Notes under the pieces: generated by a model
The model's database searches: none
What the model was told of the DNA's origin: nothing
What the model saw: the letters and a program-made list of their open reading frames with translations, nothing else
Part shown: positions 24,451-37,920 of the stretch, piece after piece
Layout of the letters: each line of letters opens with the position of its first letter
Position numbering within the stretch: the first letter of the stretch is position 1
Position numbers and translations under genes: made by a program
Origin: Octopus sinensis
Lineage: Eukaryota
Direction: 5' to 3'
DNA length: 64,000 nt
Assembly (NCBI RefSeq): GCF_006345805.1
Contig: NC_043011.1
Span: 24,626,464-24,690,463, forward strand

Positions 24451-24909
24451 GGCCGTTTTGGTCATAATCGGTGATAACCATCATCGTCATTATCGTACTC
24501 ATGTAACTGTAGTTGTCATGCCTGTATTCATAATCTTTATAATCCTTATCAACTGCCTTATTAATATCCAGCACATGTTCCATTTCCACCTACCCATCAC
24601 TGCTTATCACAGCTTCATTGTTGTCATCATCATCATCATTCTGGTTGTTGTCGTCATCATCTTCACTGTTATCATTGCCATCATCGTCGTTATTATCGGT
24701 GTCATCATTATCACCGTCATTATCTTTATCAGCAGCAACGCAAGTCTTAATCAACATCTGCCTTTGTTTTTGTTTTTTTTTTGTTTGTTTGGTTTTTGTT
24801 TTGTTTCTATGCTTTTGGGTTGTTTTTTTTTATCTCCAGTTAGTTAGATATGTTCGCTTGGCCACCTTTATCATGATGTCAAGAAGAGAAGATTACAAAG
24901 GAAAATAGA

Positions 24910-25019
24910 GAAAGACAGAGAGAGAGAGGGAGAGAGAGGGAGAGAGAGGGAGAGAGAGGGAAAGATGGGGATGATATGAAAAACAACAAGGAAGCAACAC
25001 TAAGGAAGATGATTAGGAA

Positions 25020-25059
<40 letters not shown>

Positions 25060-25085
25060 CAGAAAGAAAGAAAGAAATGAATGAA
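24910..25085. repeat. (GA)/(GGGAGAGAGA)/(GAAA)n polypurine tract
   Basis: Direct inspection. Confidence 0.9.
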
Positions 25086-26354
25086 TAAATGGGATAAAAG
25101 GAGACAAAGGAGAAAGAGTTAGAGAAAGTCCAGTGCCAAACTACAAGCTATTAAAATCATGCCCTCAACACGAATCCCATATGAAGAATTTGACTTTTCA
25201 ATAATAATAATGCCTTGACAGTATATAGCGTCCATTTAACAAGCAGGATTCATGCTGTTTAACAATGTCAGCTCATAAATAAGAGATGTAAGATAAGAAT
25301 CAATATCTCAGTTGCACTCTGGCGTTCAATGTATCAAACAGATTCCCTGAAGTTTTTCGCTGCCAGTTCCTTACAAGGTGAGACACTTTATCTACCATCC
25401 AAATGTTAAGAAAAGAAAAAAAAAAAAAAGAAAGAAATGAAAAGAAAAAGTAGAAAGAGAGAAAGCAGAAAGGTGAAGAACATGTATTATTGACTTTGGA
25501 GTAACTTGGCAGTAGAATTAAATTTTACATAGCGGTTCTCAAAACCTTCGGTTGTAAATGTTGTGCTAGTTAATGTTAAATGGTGTTAAAAATATTGATT
25601 ACCAAGATCTTATATAACATAGGTGAGCAGTATCTGGCTTTACCTGCATTTATTAATACCTGAAATAAACAGAATCACATAAATCTACGAAACTTTGAAT
25701 TTCTTTTCCTTTTTTTTCAAACTTGTTTGATCTGAGAGAAGGAGAAGTGCTCATGGTCTTTGAAAGCCCTTGGAGACCAGTGAGACAGAGGTCATTTATC
25801 AACATTCTTCTTAAATTGTTGCAAGTGAATTCCAGAAGGAAAAACATGAGTAAGGAGAGAGTTCCCAAGAGCCAAATAAATTGCTTTGAAAAGTTGCTGC
25901 AAATCTTTAGTTCGTCTGGAATATTGACTCACTAGGAATTGTGGCATCTTAGAAATCCAGATGATTCAAATTTAAATGAAGGGCAGAACTAAGTCGGTGG
26001 GTGAGGATTCTCTACTTTTGGTGTACAGTTTATTTTGCTGACCTTTACCTATCTTAATATGTAAAAGTTAATCACTCTGTGTGCATGCACATGTGTGTAC
26101 GCATGTTTGTGCACACATGCATGTGTGTATGTGCATATATGTGTGTGTGTCTGTATATGTGTGCATGTAACTATAAACATACAGACAAATGCAGACAGAC
26201 AGAAAAGATATATAGAAAAGATATGTTGTGGAAATCAGCTGTCCTCTGGATATAAATGTGGCTAGAAAAACACAAGAGAAAAGGGATATTTATGGACCAT
26301 TGATAAGGAGTTTGCAAATCCAGTACCCAAGATACATACCTATTATTATTGCTT

Positions 26355-29300
26355 CATCATCATCATCATCATCATCATTTAGCGTCCGTTTTCCATGCTA
26401 GCATGGGTTGGACGGTTCTACTGGGGTCTGTGAAGCCAGAAGGCTTCATCAGGCCCAGTCAAATCTGGCAGTGTTTCTACGGCTGGATGCCCTTCCTAAC
26501 GCCAACCACTCCGTGAGTGTAGTGGGTGCTTTTTACGTGCCACCCGCACTGGTGCCAGACAGAGCTGGCAAACGGCCATGAACGGATGGTGCTTTTTATG
26601 TGCCACCGGCACGAGGGCCAGGCGAGGCTGGCAACGGACACGAAACGGGGTGGTGCTGGCAACGGTCGCGAAACGGAAAGTTCTCTTACATGCCACGGCA
26701 CTGGTAACACATCTGCAATTTCCATTGATCGATTTCCATTGATTGATTTCGATTCTGATCCTCACTTGCCTCAATGGGTCTTCACAAGCAGAGTTTCGAC
26801 ATGCCACCGGCACTGGTAGCACATCCGCAATTTCCTTGATCGATTTCGATTCTGATCCTCACTTGCCTCAACACGTCTTCACAAGTAGAGTTTTGTGTCC
26901 CAAGAAGGGAAGGTATGCATACGTAGGCTGGCTCCATCCCATGTAGAAGGCCACGGGTTGTGGACTCACTTGTCCTGCCGGGTCTTCTCGCGCACAGCAC
27001 ACTTCCAGAGGTCTCGGTCTCTAGTCATTTCCTCAGTGAGACCTAAAGTTCGAAGGTCGTGCTTCACCACCTCGTCCCAGGTTTTCCTGGGTCTGCCTCT
27101 TCCACAGGTTCCCTCAACCGCTAGGGTGTGGCACTTTTTCACACAACTATCTTCATCCATTCTCGCCACATGACCATACCAGCGCAAACGTCTCTCTTGC
27201 ACACCACAACTGATGCTTCTTAGGTCCAGCTTTTCTCTCAAGGTACTTACACTCTGCCGAGTGTGAGTACCGGCATTACACATCCATCGGAGCATACTGG
27301 CTTCATTCTAGCGAGCTTACGCATATCCTCAGCAGTCACGGCCCATGTTTCACTGCCATGTAGCATGGCTGTTCGTACACACGCATCATACAGTCTGCCT
27401 TTCACTCTGTGCGAGAGGCCTTTTGTCACCAGCAGAGGTAAGAGCTCTCTGAACTTTGCCCAAGCTATTCTTACTCTAGCAGTTACACTTTCAGCACACC
27501 CGCCCCCGCTGCTGACTTGGTCACCTACGTAACGGAAACTATCAACTATTTCTAGTTTTTCTCCCTGGAAAGTGACGGAAGTTGGTCTCAGAGCATTTTC
27601 AGTGTTTATTGTTCCTGAGCATCTGCCACATACAAAAAACCATCTTCCTAGTTAGCCTTCCTTTGACATTGCTGCATCTCTTATGTGTCCATAGCTTACA
27701 CTTGGTGCATCTTATAGAGTTTCTACCTACACCTTTTCTACAGATCGAGCAGGGCCATCTACCTGAAGGTGTTTGTAATTTGTCTACCTTCCTACTGATT
27801 ACGACTTTGGTTTTAGCTAGATTGACTCTGAGGCCCTTCGATTCTAATCCTTGTTTCCACACCTGAAAATTCTCCTCCAGTTCTGATAGCGACTCAGCAA
27901 TTAGAGCAAGGTCATCAGCATAGAGGAGCTCCCAAGGGCATCCTGTCTTGAATTCCTCCGTTATTGCCTGGAGGACTATGATAAATAGGAGGGGGCTGAG
28001 TACTGAGCCTTGGTGGACCCCTACCTCTACCCGGAATTCTTCACTGTACTCATTTCCAACCCTCACCCTACTAGCGGCGTCCCTATACATGGCCCGCACA
28101 GCTCTCACTAACCATTCATCTATCCCTAGTTTTCTCATTGCCCACCAGATAAGGGATCGGGGGACCCTGTCGAAGGCTTTCTCCATGTCAACAAAAGCCA
28201 GGTACAGGGGCTTATCTTTGGCTAGGTATTTCTCCTGCAGCTGCCTTACCAGGAATATAGCATCAGTAGTACTTTTCCCTGGCACAAACCCAAACTGCAT
28301 CTCATCTAAACTAACTCTCTCTCTAATTAGTTGGGCTATGACCCTCTCCGTAACCTTCATCACCTGGTCCAACAGCTGATGATACCTCTGTAGTTATTTG
28401 TATCTAGGGCATCACCTTTACCTTTGTAGCAGTGACTATTATACTGCTACACCAGTCATTGGGTATGACCCCTTTGTGTATCACCTGATTAACTATATGG
28501 GTGACTAGGCTATAGCCAACACTACCAGACATTTTGAGCATCTCTGCAGTGATTCCTGATGGGCCTGGGGCTTTCCCTGTCTTCATGCTTCTAATTGCCT
28601 TAGCTACCACAGAACTATCAACTCGGATAGCTGGTCCCTCTGTTGGGTCAACATTCGGCAGACTCTCTTTATCCCATTCATTTTCTTCATTCAGCAACCT
28701 TTCATAGTGGCATCTCCAACCTCTCTCTTTGCATCCTCATTTAGCGCAAGTGAACCATCTTCCATGCGAACACACTTCTCTCCTACCACATCACGATTCT
28801 CTCTCAAACACTGTCTTGCAACACGAAACACCTCCAGTCTTTGGTCCTCACGGCGCAGAACATTGGCAAATTTTTCTTATCTGCTTCCCTCTGGCTAAAT
28901 AAACCTGTCTCCTAGCTTCTCTTTTGGCAGTCTGATACAATTCCCTGCTACCCCATTTTTCCAGACCTTCCAAGCCTGTCTCTTTTCTCTAATAGCCCTG
29001 TCTACAATATTGTTCCACCACCACGTTATTCTAGGTCGAGAGGGGACTTTGCACCAGCCACAGATCTGGTCAGTGGCTCTCAGCAGGTTGTCCCTTAGAA
29101 ACGTCCAGCTGTCTTCTACCCCCTGTGATGCTCTATCCCCTTCTACTTCGTCAGAGGCTTCAAGTAATATGTCCCTAAATCTCTGTCCATTTGCAGGATC
29201 TTTAAGCTTCCAGATCCTTCTTCTCCATATTTGTCGTCTTCTGGTTGTCCTCCTAGTCCTGATCCTAAAGTCACTAACTACCAGTCTATGTTGTGGGGGT

Positions 29301-29964
29301 ACATTCTTCACCTGGGAAGGTTTTGGCATTTATAAGCAGCCATCTCTCCCTTTGCCTTGTAAGGATGTAGTCAATTTGGCTGGTATGTTGGCCCGATGGT
29401 AAGTGACTAGGTGGCTGGTAGGTTTCCTGAAGTTAGTGTTGCAAATCATAAGATTATTTGCATCGCAGAACTCCAGCAGCCTGGTTTCTCCTCGTTGTGG
29501 AGCCATAGCCATAGCCTCCATGTACGCCATGGAAGCCCCCAGCATGTCGTCCAACGTGACCATTGAAGTCACACCAGCCACAAAGATAAGGTCTCTGTCG
29601 TTCGTCAATGAGGTAGTCTGCAGTAGAGTGTCATAGAATCGGTCTTCTGTCCATCGGGTAGCCCCGACTGAGGAGCATAGGCTGATATAATGGTTGCTAA
29701 ACTATGATGAAGCACTAATCTAATCTTAAGTATTCTGTCACTTACTCTGATTACCTCAATTACTTTATCTACCCATTTCTCAGCGATAAGTATACCCACG
29801 CCACCAACCCCGTCAGTGTTCCCTGCCCAGAAAATCTTGTACCTGCGTTCCTTGCCTGTGAGGAACCTAGCTGATCCTCCTCTCCACCTTATTTCTTGCA
29901 TGCAACATATATCCACACATCTCCGTTCAAGCATCTCGACTATCTCACCAGACCTACCTTTCAT
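26355..29964 (-). mobile_element. Near full-length RTE-clade LINE (APE endonuclease, RT, Cys-rich finger, C-terminal domain), frameshifted, (GAT)n tail
   Basis: APE: MKGRSGEIVEMLERRCVDICCMQEIRWRG..GVGILI..IISAYAPQ. RT: QFGFVPGKST, FVDMEKAFDRV, GVHQGSVLSPLLF, LLYADDLAL. C-terminus: RRLRWYGHVARM..GRGRPRKTW. Confidence 0.95.
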
Positions 29965-30021
29965 TATTATTATTATTATTATTATCATTATTATTATTAT
30001 CATTATTATTATTATTATTAT

Positions 30022-30413
30022 TTTTTTTTTTTCCTTCTTTCTTCAAATGTTCTTCCGCTTCTTGCCGAGTGTTTTCTATACACCTAGGGCAGAGAAACTC
30101 ATTGTATGCATTCCCAGATTACACACGCAAATTCACAGGTAAAGTATGTATTTTTAAAAATTAATAAATAAATAAATTCATGAATGGATGTTGTTTTCAC
30201 AGCAATAATGCTCTTCTCAGTACATGAGCCGTTCCAGTTAACACGATATTTTTGCACTTCCTGTAGGGATGGTAAGCCTGTTATCATTTTCAAATAGGTT
30301 TCAGTACCTTTTTTTTTATCATTCCTAGAGATCCTACAATCACTGGTACTGTAGACGCCTTGAGATGCCACATTTTTTCAATTTCTATTTGCAAGTCTTT
30401 ATATTTACTGATC
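30022..30413 (-). mobile_element. 3' fragment of an R4/Dong LINE flanked by (TAA)n on both sides (29961-30021, 30414-30470)
   Basis: By-eye translation SKYKDLQIEIEKMWHLKASTVPVIVGSLGMIKKGT..GLPSLQEVQK.VLTGTAHVLRKA, the REL C-terminus. Confidence 0.85.
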
Positions 30414-30462
<49 letters not shown>

Positions 30463-30559
30463 GATTATTGAAGCAACAGGATACATATCAGCCTGACTGG
30501 AGCAAAGTATGACTGAACTTGGGATCTTGAAGTGAGATTGCAAATCCTTAATTCATATG

Positions 30560-31140
30560 CTACAAACGAGTAGGTGGCTGGTCAAAATTTACTCCTACAT
30601 ACATTAGGAACAGGAAATATCAACCAAATACCTGATGCACAAAAACGATAGAGATACAAGAAAAGCAGTAAGATGTGACAACCTATTCAGGCTTTGTGGA
30701 GTTAACACTGAACATATCCCCCCACGTCATAGGCAGTTGTCCAAAAATGTCATCACAGTATTATCTACCAATGAGATGTGATGTTAGAACACTATATAAT
30801 GAAATCTGTCAGAAGGATAACACCGAGGATAAAAAGATAAGAACCCACAGTATGGTAGGAGCCATAGCCACTCATAATAAAAAGGTGTACTGGGGAACGT
30901 CCCAGTGAAAATCTCAATAAAATGTAAGCATAATAGACCTGATATAAGGATTTTGGATAGAGAAGAGAAACTGTGTACAGTTGTTGAAATTAACAGCCCA
31001 GTGAATGTTAACATAAAGCTGACAATCAGTGAAAAAAAGAATACCTATGCTGAACTATTGAGAAATCTGCAGTTACTCTATCATGATTATAAGTTCAGCT
31101 TTATAACTGTAATTATTGGAGCCATGGAATATGTAACACT
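30560..31140 (+). mobile_element. REL-type LINE fragment: CCHC finger and PD-(D/E)xK endonuclease
   Basis: EQEISTKYL..RLCG..HVIGSCPKMSSQYYLPMR; KCKHNRPDIRILDREEKLCTVVEINSP..EKKNTYAEL. Confidence 0.8.
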
Positions 31141-31309
31141 CTTGAAATGTGGAGTAGATAGACAGTTGGCAACTGATGAAGGGTCGTTCTTTATGTTACT
31201 TGTTTTGTTTTCCATTTGTTTCTCCCATTGTTTGCATACCCAAATTTGTCTTCATATTTCATGTCGTTTACATTTTGTGACACCCTGTACCCATATGTGC
31301 ATATATATG

Positions 31310-31376
<67 letters not shown>

Positions 31377-31410
31377 ATTATATATATATGTATATATATA
31401 TATGCTATAT

Positions 31411-32118
31411 ATTTAAACATAATAAAATAGGGTAATAATAAATTATTATTACCAGTGGCCTAGCACAAAAAAATGAATTAGTCATTAGACTATATATTAT
31501 TCATATAGAAATACAATAAGAGGCTTCTAAATAGGAAAGCATTGTGCTAGAAAGAGCAGTAGAAATCTCAAGACCACAAAAAAGGATAAATTCACGAAAG
31601 GAATGAAAATTAAAAACGTTTACCATCTCCACTATTTCCCAGATCGCGGTTTCTAACTAATTCCAGCAAAAAAATATTTGCTGAAGGCCAGTTTTCTTCA
31701 GTGGGACAGCCTTTAGATTTCAGACATACAGACCGCCAGATCCACACGTAGAACTAACGGTTTGTAAATCCTAACTTTTCAAACCACTGCACAGACGCAG
31801 ATTATACCCGGCGACAGAGAGGATGCCAGTAAAAATTTCGAACAAATTTATCAAACAATATTTAAACATAATAAAATAGGGTAATAAATTATTATTACCA
31901 GTGGCCTAGCACAAAAAACGAATTAGTCATTAGACTATATATTATTCATATAGAAATACAATAAGAGGCTTCCAAATAGGAAAGCATTGTGCTAGAAAGA
32001 GCAGTAGAAATCTCAAGACCACAAAAAGGATAAATTCACGAAAGGGATGAAAATTAATGGTAAACGTTTTTAATTTTCATTCCTTTCCTATTTGGAGCCT
32101 CTTATTGTATTTCTATAT
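31411..32118 (-). mobile_element. Non-coding unit: ~200-bp direct repeats (period 450), internal hammerhead and inverted 5' piece (32058-32118), between (TA)n tracts
   Basis: aaacataataaaatagggta..gaaagg(a/g)atgaaaattaa occurs at 31411 and 31861; its partial reverse complement follows at 32058. Confidence 0.75.
31637..31706 (-). ncRNA. Type I hammerhead (slightly degenerate)
   Basis: UCCCA-CUGAAGA-AAACUGG..UUCAGCAAA/UUUGCUGGAA..UUAGUUA-GAAA-CCGCG-AUC-UGGGA. Stem I 5 bp; stem III ACCGCGAU, one change from the palindrome ACCGCGGU. Confidence 0.65.
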
Positions 32119-32146
32119 GCATATATATGTATATATATATATTATA

Positions 32147-32186
<40 letters not shown>

Positions 32187-32286
32187 TATATTATTATATG
32201 ATTGAATGCCACGCATCCATTTCCATTTAAGTTTATCTTATATATATATATATTTATATGAATCAAAACAGTTTAATTGTAATTGT

Positions 32287-32325
32287 TGGTACTCGAGTTT
32301 CAAGCATGATGCCTGCCATCAGCCA
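32287..32325 (-). ncRNA. Degenerate minimal hammerhead-like motif
   Basis: UGG-CUGAUGG-C-AGGCA(UCA)UGCUU-GAAA-CUCGA-GUA-CCA. Perfect palindromic stem III ACUCGAGU, but A9G and only a 3-bp stem I. Confidence 0.45.
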
Positions 32326-32476
32326 TTTTGAAATTTTGAATTTGAATGACAGAAGTTGATTGTTATTACCGTAAGGTGGGCTGCAACTGCCTCGGGAAGG
32401 TCATGTGGTGTCATGGTTTGATGTTGGTATATAGGTGACAGTTAATTGGAAAATACTGCATGGTGAACAGGGACAT

Positions 32477-32523
<47 letters not shown>

Positions 32524-32933
32524 TATATAGAGGGCATTATACATACATGCCACCAAGGCATTATACATACATGCCAAACGCTAAGAGGGACCAATTAGTC
32601 CTTTCTACCAAAAATATTACTAATCCCACCGAATGCATATATATATATATAGTATATATATATATATATATCTATATTATATTATATATAAAATTAATTA
32701 AGGGTAGAAAATTGATATTTATCAATTAAGACCAGTGGTCTAGCATATTAAAAAAGAATCCGAAGATTAAAATATTTATATACCATTAAGGACTGAACAC
32801 GAAAAGTGGACAGTCAACATGCTAGATATAGACGTCAAATCGCCATTCACCACAAAAGATTATGTTCTCAGATCAAACTCAACACAAAACCATAGCAATA
32901 AACAAGTGAAAAATATACGAAATAAAATATTAC

Positions 32934-32996
32934 CCATGTACTAAATTAGTTTCAGCTGTTATTTTCAAGGAAAAACTGCAGCCATCATCAGCATGG
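32934..32996 (-). ncRNA. Hammerhead ribozyme, array copy 1
   Basis: CCAUG-CUGAUGA-UGGCUG..CAGCU-GAAA-CUAAUUUA-GUA-CAUGG. Confidence 0.8.
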
Positions 32997-33882
32997 TCCG
33001 TTATAAATGTAATTTGCTGGACTAGATGCAAACACGATACCGAATATCGCGTGCATGGAGTTCAGCCTATTACATTTGAATATATCTTTCAAATGCCTTT
33101 ACTTTGGCGCGTTGGAACCCGAGAAAACTAGCCTGCAGCTAATAATTAGCAGCAGTTAATTTATCGGTTAGAGAACATATTTATTTATAAAATTAATTAA
33201 GGGTAGAAATGATATTTATCAATAAGACCAGTGGTCTAGCATATTAAAAAAGAATCCGAAGATTAAAATATTTATATATACCAATTAAGGACTGAACACG
33301 AAAAGTGGACAGTCAACATGCTAGATATAGACGTCAAATCGCCATTCACCACAAAAGATATGTTCTCAGATCAAACTCACCACAAAACCATAGCAATAAA
33401 CAAGTGAAAAATATACGAAATAAAATAATTACCATGTACTAAATTAGTTTCAGCTGTTTTTTCAGCTGTTATTTTCACTGTTTATGCTATGGTTTTGTTG
33501 AGTTTGATTGAGAACATAATCTTTTGTGGTGAATGGCGATTTGACGTCTATATCTAGCATGTTGACTGTCCACTTTTGTGTTCAGTCCTTAATTGGTATA
33601 TATAAATATTTTATCTTGGATTCTTTTTTAATATGCTAGACCACTGGTCTTAAATGATAAATATCAATTTCTACCCTTAATTAATTTTATATAAATAAAA
33701 TGTTCTCTAACCGATAAATTAACTGCTGCTAATTATTAGCGTGCAGGCTAGTTTTCTCGGTTCCAACGCGCCAAAGTAAAGGCATTTGAAAGATATATTC
33801 AAATGTAATAGGCTGAACTCCATGCACGCGATATTTCGGTATCGTGTTTGCATCTAGTCCAGCAAATTATTTATAACACGGA

Positions 33883-33946
33883 CCATGCTGATGATGCTGC
33901 AGTTTTCCTTGTGGAAAATAACAGCTGAAACTAATTTAGTAAATGG
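33883..33946 (+). ncRNA. Hammerhead ribozyme, array copy 2
   Basis: CCAUG-CUGAUGA-UGCUG..GUUUUCC(UUGU)GGAAAAU..CAGCU-GAAA-CUAAUUUA-GUA-AAUGG. Confidence 0.7.
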
Positions 33947-34381
33947 GTAATTATTATTTCGTTATTTTTCACTTGTTTATTGCTATGGTTTTGTGTTGAG
34001 TTGATCTGAGAACATAATCTTTTGTGGTGAATGGCGATTTGACGTCTATATTAGCATGTTGATGTCCACTTTTCGTGTTCAGTCCTTAATTGGTATATAT
34101 AAATATTTTAATCTTCGGATTCTTTTTTAATATGCTAGACCACTGGTCTTAATTGATAATATCAATTTCTACCTTAATTAATTAATTTTATATAAATAAA
34201 TATGTTCTCTAACCGATAAATTAACTGATGCTAATTATTAGCTGCAGGCTAGTTTTTCGGGTTCCCAACGAGCCAAAGTAAAGGCATTTGAAAGATATAT
34301 TCAAATGTAATAGGCTGAACTCCATGCACGCGATATTCGGTATGTGTTTGCATCTAGTCCAGCAATTACATTTATAACGGA

Positions 34382-34443
34382 CATGCTGATGATCTGCAGT
34401 TTTCCTTGTGGAAAATAACAGCTGAAACTAATTTAGTACATGG
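34382..34443 (+). ncRNA. Hammerhead ribozyme, array copy 3
   Basis: CAUG-CUGAUGA..CAGCU-GAAA-CUAAUUUA-GUA-CAUGG. Confidence 0.7.
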
Positions 34444-34870
34444 GTAATTATTTTATTTCGTATATTTTCACTTGTTATTGCTATGGTTTTGTGTTGAGTT
34501 GATCTGAGAACATAATCTTTTGTGGTGAATGGCGATTTGACGTTATATCTGCATGTGACTGTCCACTTTTCGTGTTCAGTCCTAATGGTATATATAAATA
34601 TTTTAATCTTCGGATTCTTTTTTAATATGCTAGACCACTGGTCTTAATTGTAAATATCAATTTCTACCCTAATTAATTTTATATAAATAAATATGTTCTC
34701 TAACGAAAATTAACTGCTGCTATTATTAGCTGCAGGCTAGTCTTCTCGGGTTCCAACGCGCCAAAGTAAAGGCATTTGAAAGATATATTCAAATGTAATA
34801 GGCTGAACTCCATGCACGCGATATTCGGTATCGTGTTTGCATCTAGTCCAGCAAATACATTTATAACGGA

Positions 34871-34934
34871 CCATGCTGATGATGGCTGCAGTTTTCCTTG
34901 TGGAAAATAACAGCTGAACTAATTTAGTACATGG
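34871..34934 (+). ncRNA. Hammerhead ribozyme, array copy 4 (one A missing from GAAA)
   Basis: CCAUG-CUGAUGA-UGGCUG..CAGCU-GAA-CUAAUUUA-GUA-CAUGG. Confidence 0.65.
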
Positions 34935-35084
34935 GTAATTATTTTATTTCGTATATTTTTCACTTGTTTATGCTATGGTTTTGTGTGAGTTTGATCTGAG
35001 AACATAATCTTTTGTGGTGAATGGCGATTTGACGTTATACTAGCATGTTGACTGTCCACTTTTCGTGTTCAGTCCTTATTGGTA

Positions 35085-35935
<851 letters not shown>

Positions 35936-36469
35936 CCTAAGGTGCTGAACTGGGAGAGTTGTTAGAGCATAGAACAAAATACCTTCGTATGTGCCATGAA
36001 TTACTTCACTCTGAGTTCAAACCCAGCTGGAGCCAATTTTAATTTTTGTCTTTTCAAGGTCAGTAAAATAAAATGCAAGTACAGGGGTCAGGGTCGGGGC
36101 ATGGTATTGACTAATCCCCGTCCACAACTTTTGGTCCTTTTACCTGTGCTAAAAACAATTATGAATAGTCATCTGTTACAACTTCATAAAAATATACAAA
36201 ATGAAGAAATGAGCAGATATTGAACCTAAAATTAAATTTTCATTTTTCAAAAATTCACAAGAATGGTATCTTTTTCCCTGTCTTCCATAGTGAAATATTA
36301 CCTTGCTTGGAAACAGCTGAGGGCTGTTGATGGGAAGAGCAACCAGTGATAGAAAACTTGTGCACCAGGAATGAGAAGTCATCACTTGCAGGCAAAATTC
36401 TGCACCTCATTTAAATTTGAAACTGCCTCCTAATAAACTCTCTATAGCGAAAAACATACATACCTAAGC

Positions 36470-36860
36470 ACAGGCTTGACTGTGTGATAAGAAGCTTGCT
36501 TCCCAACCACATAGTCCTGAGTTCAGTTCCACCATGTGGCACCTTGGGCAAATTTCTTCTTCTATAGCCTTGGGCTGACCAAAGGCTTGTGAGTGGATTT
36601 GGCAGACAAAAACTGAAAGAAGCCCATTGTGTGTGTGTGTGTGTGTGTGTCAATGGTTGTCCACTACCACCACTTGATAAATGGTGTTGGTGTGTCTACT
36701 TCCCTATAACTTAGCAGTTCAGCAAAGAGACCAACAAAATAAGCACCAGGCTTAAAAGAAAAAGAAAAAAATATCAGTACTGGGGTTGATTCGTTTGACT
36801 AAAAATTCTTCAAGACAGTGCCCCAGCATGGCCACAGTCTAATGACTGAAACAAGTAAAT
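36470..36860 (+). mobile_element. SINE family B copy
   Basis: aggcttgactgtgtgataagaagc..gagtggatttggcagac..ccagcatggccacagtctaatgactgaaacaagta. Confidence 0.8.
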
Positions 36861-37254
36861 GATGAACTATAAACCAGCATGCCTATGAATTTGTATGAAT
36901 TTACAAAAAATAAAGGTTCAGTATTTTCTCAGGGCACATGACACATGTTCCCTTACAGGTTCTTATACATCTGCAGTTTCCTTTAAATATTCTATTAAAA
37001 AGCCACTCCACTTCTGATGTATTATGAGGTCACTGAGTTTAGCTAACCATTTGACCATGCACACTCACAATGTTTTATTTGAATTATTGCAAGCCAACAC
37101 CTGCAGGGAAGATATAATCAGGGAGGAGGTTCCAAAGGTCCAATGTTCTAATGAGATAACACTGGGGATAGTCATCAATGTGGGACTGTAGGAGGGAGTT
37201 AGATGCAACAAGGGTGACAAGAGATGGAGAGAGTTGGGGGTGCCTGACGCTTTT

Positions 37255-37651
37255 ACTCTTTTACTTGTTTCAGTCATTTGACTGCGGCCATGCTGGAGCA
37301 CCACCTTTAGTTGAGCAAATCTAGCCCAGGACTTATTCTTTGTAAGCCTGGTACTTATTCTATCAGTCTCTTTTGCCAAACCACTAAGTTATGGGGACGT
37401 AAACACACCAGCATTAGATGTCAAGTGATGTTGGGGGGACAAACATAGATACACAAACATATACACACACATACATATATATATACATATATACGACGGG
37501 CTTCTTTTAGTTTCCATCTAGCAAATCCACTCACAAGGCTTTCGTCAGCCCGTGGCTATAGTAGAAGACACTTGCCCAAGGAAGCACGCAGTGAGACTGA
37601 ACCCGGAACCATGTGGTTGGTAAACAAGCTACTTACTACACAGCCACTCCT
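37255..37651 (-). mobile_element. SINE family B, full-length copy
   Basis: Near-identical to 5359-5737. Confidence 0.9.
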
Positions 37652-37714
37652 GACAGTCAATAATTTGAGAGCAGCTAGACCTAAGGAGCAGAAGCCCTTA
37701 CAACAACAATCAAT

Positions 37715-37920
37715 AGAACAGCTTGCTCATGAAGTTAACACATGTGGCTGAGTACTCCACAGACTTGTATACTCTTAGCATAATTCTCAGTGAGATTCAG
37801 CTTGACTCATTTTTGCTAGCTGAGTGGACTGGAGCAATGTGAAAGAAAGTGTCTTGCTCAAGGAGGCACTGGGAATTGAACACACAACCTTGTGATTGTG
37901 AGCTGAATACCTTAACTTAT
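37715..37920 (-). mobile_element. SINE family D copy (internally deleted)
   Basis: ctcatttttgctagctgagtggactggagcaatg..gtgtcttgctcaagga. Confidence 0.75.

Noticed and set aside
25640-25940. Possible host exon(s): a minus-strand micro-exon (ttatttcag|GTATTAATAAATGCAG|gtaaag) and 70-aa ORFs
   Set aside because: No recognisable homology, and the splice signals are compatible with chance in AT-rich DNA; needs RNA-seq.
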